From Azolla caroliniana (taxonomy: Eukaryota > Plantae > Polypodiophyta), in NCBI GenBank assembly GCA_043228905.1, contig JBHGNT010000008.1, forward strand, positions 4,216,001 to 4,280,000: DNA of 64,000 nt, given 5' to 3'. How positions within the stretch are numbered: position 1 is the first letter of the stretch; every line of letters begins with the position of its first letter. The notes under the pieces are model-generated. The model was not told where the DNA came from, searched no databases, and worked only from the letters and a program-made list of their open reading frames with translations. Position numbers and translations under genes: made by a program. Positions 12,519 through 32,579 of this stretch are shown here, piece by piece.

Positions 12519-13912
12519 AAAGAGATGGTATTCAAGATTAATAACAAGTCTCACGTTTCATTAAAATTGAGAAAACTAAAAGGCATTTTGGAGCCGGAAG
12601 CATTGCTCTTTTGTTATAATAGGAATAATTTTCCATCTCCTTTAAAGTAATGCATGAAATGTGTTTGTAAGGGGCACTATAGTATACATAATCACATAAA
12701 CATTTTAAGTGCATTTATTATTTTGAAGTGTCACGTTCGTTAAACAAGTGTGCATATTTTGCTAGGTATATGTATATATATATAATTACTTCGGGGCATG
12801 TTGAGTGTTGTAAACCCAATGTATCATACGTCACAACAATAAATTTATTTGCCCGAAGAATGACAAGTGATTTGCAAAACATTCTTGAATATTATCAATT
12901 ACATAGTAATGGTCATCTTGTGTTCAAGTTTATGGTGAGATAACTTGAGCTATAGTTTTGTTTGAAGACAAGTGTTACATAACATTCTCCAATAAAAATT
13001 TCCAAATAACAACATCAGAAGTAACAAAAGCTAATTCAAGCAAGCATTTCATCCTTTTTTTTATAATGATTTCATTATATCATTAACATCTTATACAGAA
13101 CACAATTTATTCATTGGATAAAACTCAAACAAGGTGATCACACATATAAATATGTAAGATATATTGTAAATATCCATTACATAAGTTGTTGGTATGGAGC
13201 CCAACAACATGTTACATGATCATTTAAGGTACACATCCATTGTAATAGTTGGTATATGAGACCAAGTATGTTTGCACTTACAATCAAATAAAACTAAGAG
13301 ACTAGTGTGTTATCATGTAAGGTATACATGTTTAATGGGTATACATATTCTAGTGATGTAGTCGGTTGGTTCATGTGTATATACTAGTTGTGACCTTTTG
13401 TTGTTAACAATCCTGGAGCTTGAGCCGAATATGAAGACCTTGTTGGTAGAATGTATGATTATAAGTCCCCAAGGGCATGTATATAGGGTTTTTATGATTT
13501 TGCTAAGAAAGCTCTCGCAAGGCTCAAGCATAGGAAATGCATTGTAAGTGCACATATGTTTGCATATATGGAGGGAATTACTCGTATGACCTACGTTCAA
13601 CAATTAATATAGAAAACCCATAAAGTAATTTGGATTAATATGAAAACTTCACTAGACAGTTGTGAAGAAACTTCAAAGTGTGCGCCCTAGTGCCCCCCAA
13701 ACACAAAACATGCATGGTGTTGGTTGGCTAGTACATGTCAAATCCAAACAAACAATATTTAACGTCAGGAAGAAGATTGAAGCATGCATATGTTTGATTT
13801 TAAGTTGAGATGCCCCCAAGGCTCATTCCACACACAATTGGATCGGTTCGGGCCCATGGGAGAGTTCTATTGAATGGCAAAGACAAATTAATGTGCCCCC
13901 TCTTGCGGATAC

Positions 13913-15202
13913 TTATCTCCAAAGCAAGCCGGGCTTTGTAGTTGTGACGACTTTTCGACAAGGAATGCGTTGCTTAGGGGGATCTTTCAGGGGTGGTGGC
14001 CTTGGTGGCATTGCTTGATGATTATGATGATGATGATGATTATTAGCATTGCCCTTCATAAGTAATCTACTAGAGTTAGCCACATTGCTAGTGTTAATCT
14101 TATGATTAGAGTCCTCATTATCCTCATGGCATTGCTTGATGATTGCAACAACATGACTAGATGACCCACATCTTTGATCTGAATCATCCTCCTCCTCATG
14201 GCATTGCTTGATCATTGCAACGACATGGCTAGATGACCCACATCTTGTATTATCGCTCACGATCTTCTCTGCATTATTATGATTCGCAATCTTATATCCG
14301 ATTACGGCGTCTTCTTCGAGCGATTTCGAAGGAGAACGATATTTCGTGCGTAATTTCGGCGTGCTGCACGATCTTACATTATTGATGGTGTTGTTGTTGT
14401 GACTATATTGATTGTAACTACTGCTCATACTAAACGATTTGTTATTGGAGGAGGAGGAGGAGGATCGAAGTGTTCGTGTCCAATCGAATCGCTTATCGGC
14501 AGTACTAGCCGCAGTATGATTAGCTCTAGGGTTGCCATTTTTATGTGCATTATTAGGTTTAGATGCAGTTATGGTAGCAATATTAGGCTTAGCAGTTACA
14601 GTAGTAGTGCTGCAGCTAAGTAATGACCTTGATCTTCTACTAGTGTTTAAGTCATCTAATCTTTGGCTTAACATCATGATCTTTGCTTTGATCTCTCTCT
14701 CCAGATCCCTCTCAATCTCAAGCTCAAGCTCAGCTCTGATCTTGGCCTCATCACCATCACCATCACCACCAAATCCTCTACCATTACCCCCCTGAATCAT
14801 ATCATCCTTTACTTTAACCCTTGGATATTCATCATGTTGCTCCTGATTCCCTTTTACTGAATCTGGATTAATAAGGGTTGATCTTCCTTCTTCTTCTGCA
14901 TCATCATATTCATGACATAATAATATGTTGGATCCATGATCATGACTGTTTATAAGGTCTACAAGGTTATTATTAGCTGATAACAGTACTGATGAAGACC
15001 TAGTACTGCTAGTTGCCTTTATGTCATGATCACCAGTACTCAAACATACAGCATTCATGATTATATCCCCATTAATGGATTTGTTAGAGCATGCAGGAGT
15101 TGCCAGTGTGTGATTAGTGCTTATTATACCATTCTTATCTAGCATTTCCCTGTCATCGAGCATCATCTTCGATGTAAGTACTTGTTCCGGATCTTTCAGC
15201 AT
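13913..15202 (-). CDS. Uncharacterised, largely disordered plant protein (429 aa) with a central coiled coil and an FDWxRTLRS motif
   Basis: Uninterrupted 1290-nt ORF with ATG; coiled coil EAKIRAELELEIERDLEREIKAKIMMLSQRLDDL; S/N/H-rich low complexity; no TE motifs; CT-rich 5' UTR-like sequence upstream (15720-16200) and a candidate 5' UTR donor at ~15524. Confidence 0.7.
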   Translation of the reverse strand: MLKDPEQVLTSKMMLDDREMLDKNGIISTNHTLATPACSNKSINGDIIMNAVCLSTGDHDIKATSSTRSSSVLLSANNNLVDLINSHDHGSNILLCHEYDDAEEEGRSTLINPDSVKGNQEQHDEYPRVKVKDDMIQGGNGRGFGGDGDGDEAKIRAELELEIERDLEREIKAKIMMLSQRLDDLNTSRRSRSLLSCSTTTVTAKPNIATITASKPNNAHKNGNPRANHTAASTADKRFDWTRTLRSSSSSSNNKSFSMSSSYNQYSHNNNTINNVRSCSTPKLRTKYRSPSKSLEEDAVIGYKIANHNNAEKIVSDNTRCGSSSHVVAMIKQCHEEEDDSDQRCGSSSHVVAIIKQCHEDNEDSNHKINTSNVANSSRLLMKGNANNHHHHHNHQAMPPRPPPLKDPPKQRIPCRKVVTTTKPGLLWR

Positions 15203-17222
15203 ACTGTTCCAATGTTGTCAATCAATTGAGTAGAATATACTATTCGAGAATGGTATGCCCCCCTTATCTGCAATAATCCCAACAGGATTATCAAATCATC
15301 AGAAAGTCCTTAAATGCAATACGGATTTCTCTGCTGACGCAGCCATTGAGGCTTTGCAAGCTCGATTTCACGCCGAGCCATGAGAGTAGTGCAATATTTG
15401 AATTGATCTCCCTGGATATGGAGAAACCATGCAGATCCTTACTAAGCAATATATACATATATATACACATAGGTACATGTATTATTCAATCGTAAAAGGT
15501 ATACACAGATCAGAGGAAATTTACCTGTCAATGGGGATTCAAAGAAGCTCTAATTAATCCGTGTTACTAATTTACAGATACATAATGAAAGATGCTTTCT
15601 TTTTTTGTCTCAAGAATGTTATGATTAACTGAATTATGAATAATGAATTTTTTGGGGGTTTAGGGAATGGAAAGGGTGGGTTAGAAACATTAATTCGGGG
15701 ATATGATCGTAGGAGGAACGTCAAGTTTTGGATTGGAAGGTAGGATGAAGAAAGGATCAAGAGAGGAAAGAAGGAAACAGGAGGAAGAAAGGATGAAGAG
15801 ATGGAAGACGGATGGAAGCAGGAGGAGGAGGAAGAAGAAGAAGAAGAAGGATCAAGGCATGAAAGGAAGGATGGAAGGAAAGAAGGAAGAAGAAACAGAA
15901 GGATCAACACATGAAAGAAGGAAGGGAAGGGAAAAGGCAGAAAGATCAGAAGGGGGTGGATGGATCTTTATATAATAAGAGATGGAAGGAAAGAAGGAAG
16001 GAGAGGGGGGGGATGAAGTCTATAATCAGAGCCTTCTAGCTTACTCAGGATTCTAGCTATGCGTAGCTTAAATGGTAGAGAACACTGTAGACAGACAGAC
16101 AGACAAAACCATGAAGCAGAGGCAGGGGCAGGGGCAGGGGAAGAGGCAAAACAGAGACAGAGACAGAGACAGAGAGAATGAATGAGTTTGTTTTGAGACA
16201 TGGGGAGCTAAGGGTATGTATTGTAATTTTGGGAAAATTGAGGGGACTTTCTTCACAATTACTTTACAAACCGTTTAAACCAAACCTTTTGTAATTGATG
16301 GCATTACCCTTTTAGACCAAACCCTTCAATGCTTTTCTTGTGACAAACAAAATCACTTGCCTTACATTTTTCCTTTTAAACTAGACCCTTTTTTTTGTGT
16401 GTGTGTGTTTAAGAGCATTTGAAGGAACGTTTGCCTTGTGATGCCACACCTTTTCAAGGTTTTCTTATGCTGTATATTGCTCATGTTTTGTCATGCATGA
16501 AATGCTGCAAACATTATCCATCACGAACAGTTAATTTTCAGATTAGTGATTGACTATTTAAAGGATACTTCTACAAAGAAGGTTCAACATGCAAAGCTTT
16601 AGAGTTCAAGGAGGACATCATTATCTTCAACATTGATCCATGGACATATAGTGTGCACATTCCAATATGGATGCTTGTGTATTTCCATGACAGGCTGAGA
16701 TGCCATCCTTTACATCGAGATATATCTGCATATCAATATATACTCCAAAACTATACTTTCTTTCCAATGGCCTTTTCTATGAGCATGCAGTTCTCTATTT
16801 GCATTGAGATGTATCACACAAACCAAACAATCACTTTGATGAAAGGATGATGAGGGCCACATCCACATTGAACATACCATGCTCATTTGATTATGACACA
16901 TCTCCCATCATTTTGGAGACATCTTATCTTTGAATAGCCTATGTTAGATATCCTCTAATCTTAGTCTTTACATATTATCTTCATCTCACTGCATATTTAA
17001 CCTCACAGGGCATAAGGCAAAATAATAAAAACTAAAGATCAATTGATCTCTCGCTTATAAGAGAAGAATGAAAAGGATTTTCATCATAGCACAAAGGAAT
17101 AAAAAGGTTTCTTGTAAAACCGTATTTTACCCCAGTATAGTATACAAGCATAGTAAATCATCTAGTGTTGGAGGTAGAACATAATGAGCAAAATACAAAA
17201 ATGGAGGTTTTGGTGGGCTTCA

Positions 17223-23523
<6,301 letters not shown>

Positions 23524-23558
23524 CTTCCTTCTCTGTTTTACAGCTGCCTAAGCGCTTC

Positions 23559-23806
23559 TCTAGGGTTTCTCTCTTTCGCCTTCAATTCTACCAGGACCGA
23601 TTCTCTGAGCGAGAGATTCTAGGGTTTCTCTCTTCAGCCTTCGATTCTACCAGGACCGATTCTCTGAGTGAGAGATTCTAGGGTTTCTCTCTTCCGCCTT
23701 CAATTCTACCAGGACCGATTCTCTGAGCGAGAGATTCTAGGGTTTCTCTCTTCCGCCTTCAATTCTACCAGGACCAACTCTCTGAACGAGAGATTCTAGG
23801 GTTTCT
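23559..23806. repeat. 59-bp tandem repeat (4 units plus part) carrying five telo-boxes, directly upstream of the MCM4 ATG
   Basis: TAGGGTTT (AAACCCTA on the gene strand) at 23561, 23620, 23679, 23738, 23797; exact 59-bp period. Confidence 0.92.
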
Positions 23807-23927
23807 GCTTTTGCTTTCTTCTCTTAGGTCTTCTTGCTCCCTTCTCTCTCTCTCTGTGTCTTCCCTGAGGCTTCTAGGGTTCCATTCTTTTTTTCTTTCC
23901 TTCCACGCTGCTTCTTCTTCTGCTGCT

Positions 23928-23969
<42 letters not shown>

Positions 23970-23982
23970 GTAGAGTGGATAC

Positions 23983-24072
23983 GCGCGAAATCTCACTTCC
24001 TTCTGTGTGTGTTTTTTTTTTGGCGGGAAAGCGCCCAGGTTTTGGCGGGAACTTTTATTTTTGGGCGGGAGA
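23983..24072 (-). promoter_or_regulatory. Cluster of E2F/DP binding sites in the MCM4 promoter
   Basis: Minus-strand TTTCGCGC (23983-23990), TTTCCCGCC (24022-24030), GTTCCCGCC (~24044-24052), TCTCCCGCC (~24064-24072). MCM genes are established E2F targets. Confidence 0.85.
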
Positions 24073-24089
24073 TCGTATTGTATCATGTA

Positions 24090-24680
24090 TGTATTGTCTT
24101 CTGTATTTTGATTTATTTTAATGTATTGTCTTCCGTATTTTGATTTATTTTAATATACAGTATTGTCTTCTATATTTTGATTTCTTTTTAATGTATTGTC
24201 TTCCGTATTTTGATTTATTTTAATATACAGTATTGTCTTCTATATTTTGATTTATTTTAATGTATTGTCGTCCGTATTTTGATTTATTTTAATATACAGT
24301 ATTGTCTTCTATATTTTGATTTATTTTAATGTATTGTCTTCCGTATTTTGATTTATTTTAATGTATTGCCTTCTATATTTTGATTTATTTTAATGTATTG
24401 TCTTCCGTATTTTAATTTATTTTAATGTATTGTCTTCTGTATTTTGATTTATTTTAATGTATTATCTTCCGTATTTTGATTTATTTTAATGTATTGTCTT
24501 CTGTATTTTGATTTATTTTAATGCATTGCCTTCTGTAATTTGATTTATTTTAATGTATTGTCTTCTGTATTTTGATTTATTTTAATGTGTTGTCTTCTGT
24601 ATTTTGATTTATTTTAATGTATTGTCTTCTGTATTTTGATTTATTTTAATGTATTGTCTTCTGTATTTTGATTTATTTCA
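24090..24680. repeat. AT-rich 32-bp minisatellite (~18 units, TGTATTGTCTTCYGTATTTTGATTTATTTTAA)
   Basis: Directly visible; three early units carry a short ATACAG-type expansion. Confidence 0.93.
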
Positions 24681-25509
24681 ATCACTAGGGTTTAGTTGCA
24701 GATCTTCTTCTTCTTTTTTCCAACAAATTATCCTCCATTGGTATTAAAGAAGTCAATATACAAAACAGTTCACTATTACAATGAATATTGCAACATATTT
24801 AAGTAAAAACCTCTTGAGCAGTCATGTAGCTTCAGCAATCCAACTACGTTTAACATCCATATTAGTCAAGGAATTACCACCAATGACCTTTATTAATGGG
24901 GTCTATGCCACATATATTTCTAAGCATTCTGTCTCTCGTTTTGATTAGCAAACTACCACCATTAAAAATCCTTGCAATTTGATCGAAACTTTGTCGATGA
25001 ATTCCAATGGTTGGTGTCGATGAATTGTTGCCACCGAAATCATAAGACCACTAAAGAGACTGTTTGCGAGGATCTTTACATCATCCCATGAATCCGTATC
25101 TTGGTAAGTAGACACTCCCTCGAGGTCTTTTCCAGTTCACTTAATAATGGCCTTTGATAAGGAACATAAAATAATGTGGTGAACCATGTAATTACTCATC
25201 CTTCCTTCAGTTTTTGATGCAGTTTGCTACCATCATATGGCATTCCACGTCTCCTAGAAACCATGCTAAAAGGATTCAATAAACCCATTTCTTCAACATG
25301 TGTGTACAACAAGCTATTATTTCCTCGAAGAAAGAAAGCATAACCTTGTACTACATATTGAAACATATCAGATTGTTCACAACTTCTACAATTTGAATAA
25401 ATACAATGCAGCCATGCCAACGATTCCCACCAAACTCAGCTACCTCTAACAACAGAATAATAACGTGTTGTCATCTTGTCAAGAAAATGTGCTTCGACCC
25501 CCACAACAT

Positions 25510-26850
25510 CCTCACTCGTCCTTATCCCAAAACAAAAATATGATTCATTTCAGCCCCTGCACCATCATCACTCATCCTTTTCTCATGGAAATATGCTTCA
25601 ATCCCCACCGCCATCATCAATCATCCTAATGAATAAATAGAAAACCTATTTCGTTCAATCCACATGAACCATCTCGCGTGACCATGTCACCATCAGGATG
25701 ATTACCAACAACATCCTGTATTGACAACACAATAATTTAGTTTAAACAATTCCTCACCTACTCATGATAATATGCTTCAATTCCCACACCATCATCACTC
25801 ATCGTAATGAAAAACAAGAAATCAACTGCCTCAAACGACGGCTCCTCAAGAAATTATGCTTCTCACTCATCCTTATCTCAAAACAAAAAACCGCTTCATT
25901 CAGTCCGCATCAAACATCTGTCTGATTACCACCAAGGCCCCCCCAAGGGCCTATAAAAAATAACAACAAAATGAGTCTAACGATTTCCACATCTCCTCAT
26001 GATATGATTCGGTCGCATCACCATCATCACTCATCCTCTCCTCATGAAAACATGCTTCAATCCCCACCGCCATCATCAAGCATTGTAATGAAAAATAAAA
26101 CTTGCTTCATTCAATCCATCTTGCCGACCATCTCGCCATTGAGTTTAAAAACAATTTGTCACATACTCATGAAAATCTGCTTCAGCTCCCACACCATCAT
26201 CACTCATCTCATGATAATATGCACAATTCCCACACCACCATCACTCATCATAATGAAAACAGAAATTCATCTACCTCGAACGTCGGCTCCTCAAGAAAAT
26301 ATGTTTCTCACTCATCCTTATCTCAAAACAAAAAAATAGCATTATTTAATTTGCATCAAACATCTCGCTAATTACCAGCAAGGACCTGTACAAAACAACA
26401 ACAAATGAGTGTAAACGATTTCCACATGATATGCTTCGGCCGCCGCACCATCGTCAATCCTCCTCTCTTCATGGAAACATGCTTCAATCCCCACTGCCAT
26501 CATCGATCATTATAGTGAAAAATAAAACCTGTGTCATTCAATCCACATCAACCATCTCGTTGACCATGTCACCGATTATCAGCAAAATCCTGTATGGATA
26601 ACACAACAAACGAGTTTAAAAACAGTTTCTCACTTACTCATGAAAATCTGCTTCAGCTCCCACACCATAATCACTCATCCTGATAAAAAACAAAAAAATC
26701 ATTTTTCTCAAGGCCACATCAACCATCTCGCTGTCATCGAGTATCCCCAATAACTTAAACCTACAGAAGCAAACATGAATGGACTCTCTCCTCTCCTTAT
26801 GAAAATCTGCTCAACCATTGCCAATCATTATCACTCATCCTTATCTAATG
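25510..26850. repeat. Degenerate higher-order repeat (~430-460 bp x3) built from CACCATCATCACTCATC-type subunits
   Basis: ATGCTTCAATCCCCACCGCCATCATC recurs at ~25593, ~26052 and ~26479, with matching downstream blocks. Confidence 0.75.
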
Positions 26851-27029
26851 TATATGCTTTACTATCCACAACAAGCATCTCGGAGATCACCGCCAAAAGC
26901 TTCTTTTATAAAAAGACTCTTCCTATGTGCCACAACCAACTCTTCCATGTTGAGTCATGTTGTTTGCTCTAAGGACGGTGCTGATGGCAGGAACAACCAA
27001 CAAGGTGGTATGTAATTCCACCTAACATT

Positions 27030-28076
27030 GGCACCTACATCCAACATGATAGGAATAGATGACCAAACTCTTCGAATTCTCCTTCTTTTTCGATTAGTTG
27101 TGTTTCCAGATCCCTTATAACTGTCATAATCACCACCTTAACTGTGTGTACCAATAAGTCCCAAAAAGACTTAACTTGATCTACAACATGAGTGTTTTCA
27201 TCATTGTATAGCTTGAAACACCTAACTTTCCAAAGAACATATAAATCCAAAGAGGAAACAATTTGCCAAACATAACTCCGCAATAAGAACTTGATTCCCT
27301 ACAAGGAATTTGAAATAACGTATACCTGAAAACATCTCACATGTAAAGACAATGAAGAATGATGACAATGATAAAATGTCATTTGTTAATCCAACTTTCC
27401 CCAGAGGATTGCACCCCCATGTGAAGATAGTCGAGTTATACCTATGACCTAAAAGCCTAAGAATTCAAAACCAAAACCTTTTAGTGAAAACACATTCCCA
27501 AAATACATGATGCAATGTCTCAGATGTAGACTCACACATAACACATGACCGATCACACACTGATCCCCTCAACAATTCACCTACTCGCAATGCATAATGA
27601 ATCATCAACCATCGAAAATGCAATATCTTATTCATACATTTAATTAACCAAAATTGTTTCCAAAACATCCACATACATTACCTTCCTCCCAATACTTTTT
27701 TCCCATTGGGACCGACTCGGTCTGATTCAACATAAAGTTTCTACCAAACGCCATTGAATATGAGAAGAATGGAAGGACCTTAGTCCTTGTGTCAGACATG
27801 GACAAATTCCAACCATAATTTGATGGGTCCCACTACAAATCGACAAGTGGCCTAGAGTGTAAAACCCAAATATCAGATGCGTAGTTGGCAATTAACGGAC
27901 TAAGATTGATCTTTTTATTATTATCTAATCTAACAATTACTCTCACTAGCAACTGCTTTGCATCAGACATCATTGGAGACTCCTCCCCCACTAGTATAAT
28001 ATTTACCATTGTCTAGAACTTCATAAAAATAGAAGTTGCCATTATGATGATATAAACAAGCTCCTATTAGTATATT
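27030..28076 (-). mobile_element. L1-type LINE ORF2 3' fragment (zf-RVT), degenerate
   Basis: ORF 27465-27674 WLMIHYAL...CVMCESTSETLHHVFWECVFTKRFW matches the C-terminal zinc finger of plant LINEs; ORF 27035-27283 LYVLWKVRCFKLY. Confidence 0.8.
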
Positions 28077-29677
<1,601 letters not shown>

Positions 29678-30240
29678 ATATTAATTGTCGAAAACATACC
29701 GTACCAACTTTGAAAATGATCAAACTACAAAGTTGGCAATGTGACCTAATACACCATGGACAATTGAGAGAACATTATCTTTGCCCCTCTTATATTAGAC
29801 AACATATTCTTTTGGTCGTGCGTTGAAGTTTGTAATAACTTTATCCAATTCGCAACCGTGTGGGCTGGACCACTATCCATTGCCGCCCAAGATAACTTAG
29901 GGTGTAGACCCAAAACACATGCAGCTTCGTCAGCAAATAAAGGATTCCATATCAAAGGTTGATGCATGAATTGATGATAATTTTTCGATGGCAAGAAAAC
30001 TAGTGCTTGCCGAAGACGTTCCCAAGCCCGAAAAATTCTATCAAAGAAACCTAATGATCCAACATTGGACTTAGGTAATGGAAAATCTGTTTTAAAGAAC
30101 CACCTAAGACTATCATGCCATTGCCCGCCTATTAAGGGCTTGACCTTATGTAAGTGTCGAATCCGTAGCTTTTTCCATAACTCCTCTCCTAGCAGTAAAC
30201 TCCTAACAACATGTTTAACAATTAGCAAACATAGCGGACT
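29678..30240 (-). mobile_element. LINE ORF2 fragment (region downstream of RT)
   Basis: ORF 29746-30228 (LLLGEELWKKL...IFRAWERL...QPLIWNPLF) has the style of the segment between RT and zf-RVT and is collinear with 27030-28076. Confidence 0.65.
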
Positions 30241-31184
30241 TCACCTCGCTTGACTCGAGGATGAACATTCAGCCTTCTCGACGATCGTGAGCTACGACTC
30301 AATTGTCCTTTTCAATGAAGCATCCGTCAATGTTGAATCGTACTTGCATGCCTTGTTCAAAAATCTACTTGCGTGCCTTGTTCAAAAATCTGGTTGATCG
30401 AGACTAGGTTTTTCGTGATGGTTGAGACATGTAGGACATTTTTGAGGTAGGTTTTTTTGCCGTCTTTTTCGAATGGGACGTTCCCGATATGCCGCATTGA
30501 ATGAGTCGTGTCATCACCTGTTTCGACGTATTCAGGCCGTTAAGGCTTTCATAATTCTTGGAACCAATCTTCATGAGATTTCATATTATTTTATGCTCCC
30601 GAGTCAACGAACCATACATTATCCGAGGGTGTGGTGCTCGTTTCACCTTGTGTCGCCATTGAGTACGCTTTGTGTCTCATCATGAACATTCTGTTACGAT
30701 TGTCGTAGTCGGAATTCGACACGTAATTCGTGAACATTCCGCTACGATTATCGTAGTCGAAATTCGATGTGTAATTCGTGAGTTGTCGATTGGTCGAAGC
30801 GAAGTCTCGTTGTCGTGAAGATCCGTCACTAGGCGTGGATCGTGAGGCGGAACCGCGGGGGTTCTGGACCGGAAGGACTCAAAGTTTGCAGAAGCTTTAG
30901 CGAGAAAGGAATTAAGATAGATTGAAAGAGAGAGAGAGAGAGAGATTGAGATAAGATAGAACACTTGATTTTAGATATCAAGAACAAGGTATATCATCAA
31001 AAGGATAACGAATTTTCTTCTTAATATTAATTTTAATTTAAAGTACAAAGCTCTCGTTTTTTTCAAAGAATCCCCTCTTTTATAGATGCCCTCATGCATT
31101 TGAGGGTTCAAGACATGCATAAAATGCATGTTTGCCATTTGGCGCTCATGTATTACAATGATAAAGATGTTATTTCAAGAAAAT

Positions 31185-31257
31185 ATCTTGGCTTAGTGGT
31201 AAGCCTATAAACTTTTCAACTTGGAGGTGTAAGGTTCAAATCCACATTTGCACTCCT

Positions 31258-31290
<33 letters not shown>
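31185..31290 (+). other. tRNA-derived (SINE-like) head with Pol III A and B boxes followed by a (TG)n(TA)n tail
   Basis: A box TGGCTTAGTGG 31189-31199, B box GGTTCAAATCC 31233-31243 at tRNA spacing; no complete cloverleaf. Confidence 0.5.
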
Positions 31291-32579
31291 CTATCCGGTC
31301 ACCGATCATCGGATGCCGCCGGTTACCATTCGGTCATCGGATGCTGGATGTCGATTACCGTTCGGTCGCCGGGCCCTGGTTACATTGTCGGTTCGGTTTT
31401 GGTTGGGCAAAACCTTTGCAAGTAGTCAGGCCACACCCTATTCATCCAATAGCTTAGTTCAAGTCACCTTGAACTCTCTATGCTCCACACATAGACACAA
31501 AGATAATAGCTTTTGCTCTACCTTATATATGGTGAGATCCTTATATCCTGTCTATGTGGGATATCTCACAGTTTTATTTTTCTCTTCTTCCTTCTCATAC
31601 TTCATTCCCACATAACTTGTCACTTAGATGTCCATTTTTTATGTGGTAAAACAAATTTGAAAGCTCTTGAAGACCTCTATCTTTTTGTAATAAGATATTA
31701 AACATATTCAAATTAGTATCTTCATTATTATTGTTTTATATGAATCACACTTGATTTCGTACGTTTTATTTGATTTTCACACCATTGCTGAAAATCTTCA
31801 CGACATCGCTTCTTCTTTCGGCACTCCTCTTCGTAGTGGCCGAGTTTTCCGCAGTACCCGCAACACAGTTGAGCTCTGATACTGTTATGTACACATAACG
31901 TTGGTGAGGGTAGGTCACTAATATTTACATTAGTGAAGGGTATGTTCACTATTATTAAAAAGGGGACTAATGATTGGATAGAATGAATGATATGTGCATG
32001 CACTATCATGATTTAGACAACCAATGAATAGAGAGCCTTTTAGAAAGGCACATCTATTCAAGGGGCCTAGGAAAAGGTATAAATATGAGGCTTAGCTACC
32101 CTCATAGAGATCACGTCGGAAGGCTGCTGTCGTAGACACCGGTGGTGCGGGCTAGGCTTTCGTCTCGACGATCGTGTTTATCTCTTCCAAGGTATTAGTC
32201 ATCCTAATATCCGGCGGTATGGGACGTCGGTGGTAGGTTGGCTATGTCTAGATCATAGCTCGGGGGTGGTCGGGTGGAACGGGTTCTTCTATCCAATCTA
32301 TTTTCTTCCTTATTACTTGATTTGGTCTATTGATTAGTAATAGACTCTTAACAGTGGTATCAGAGCTTTTACTAACAATTTTTTTTGTTGTTTTGATGTT
32401 TTTTGCGTGTGAGCGAGGGGGATCTAACAAGGCTCGTCATGCTCTTCTCAGGATCAAAACAACACTCTAAACCCGGTATTCTTCTTTTTTGATCTCTTCT
32501 CTTTTTCTATTATGCGTTCTTTATGGTCGAATCAAATTGGTATTACGTTTTATTCTCTTTCTTTCTACCTCCTACTACG

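Noticed and set aside
10000-13600. Genes in the AT-rich interval between the fucosyltransferase and the 429-aa ORF
   Set aside because: Only short ORFs without recognisable motifs or consistent splice structure; likely decayed repeats.
15572-16256. ORFs rich in S/L/F or E/R/K
   Set aside because: They come from GA/CT low-complexity sequence, probably the 5' UTR or promoter of the 429-aa gene.
23561-23804. Interstitial telomere array
   Set aside because: Single telo-box octamers spaced by 51 bp of other sequence, not tandem TTTAGGG.
25971-26371. His-rich ORFs
   Set aside because: They arise from CAT/CAC repeats; neighbouring repeat units are not open in the same frame.
31185-31257. Functional tRNA gene
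   Set aside because: A and B boxes are present but I could not form acceptor and anticodon stems; kept only as SINE-like.
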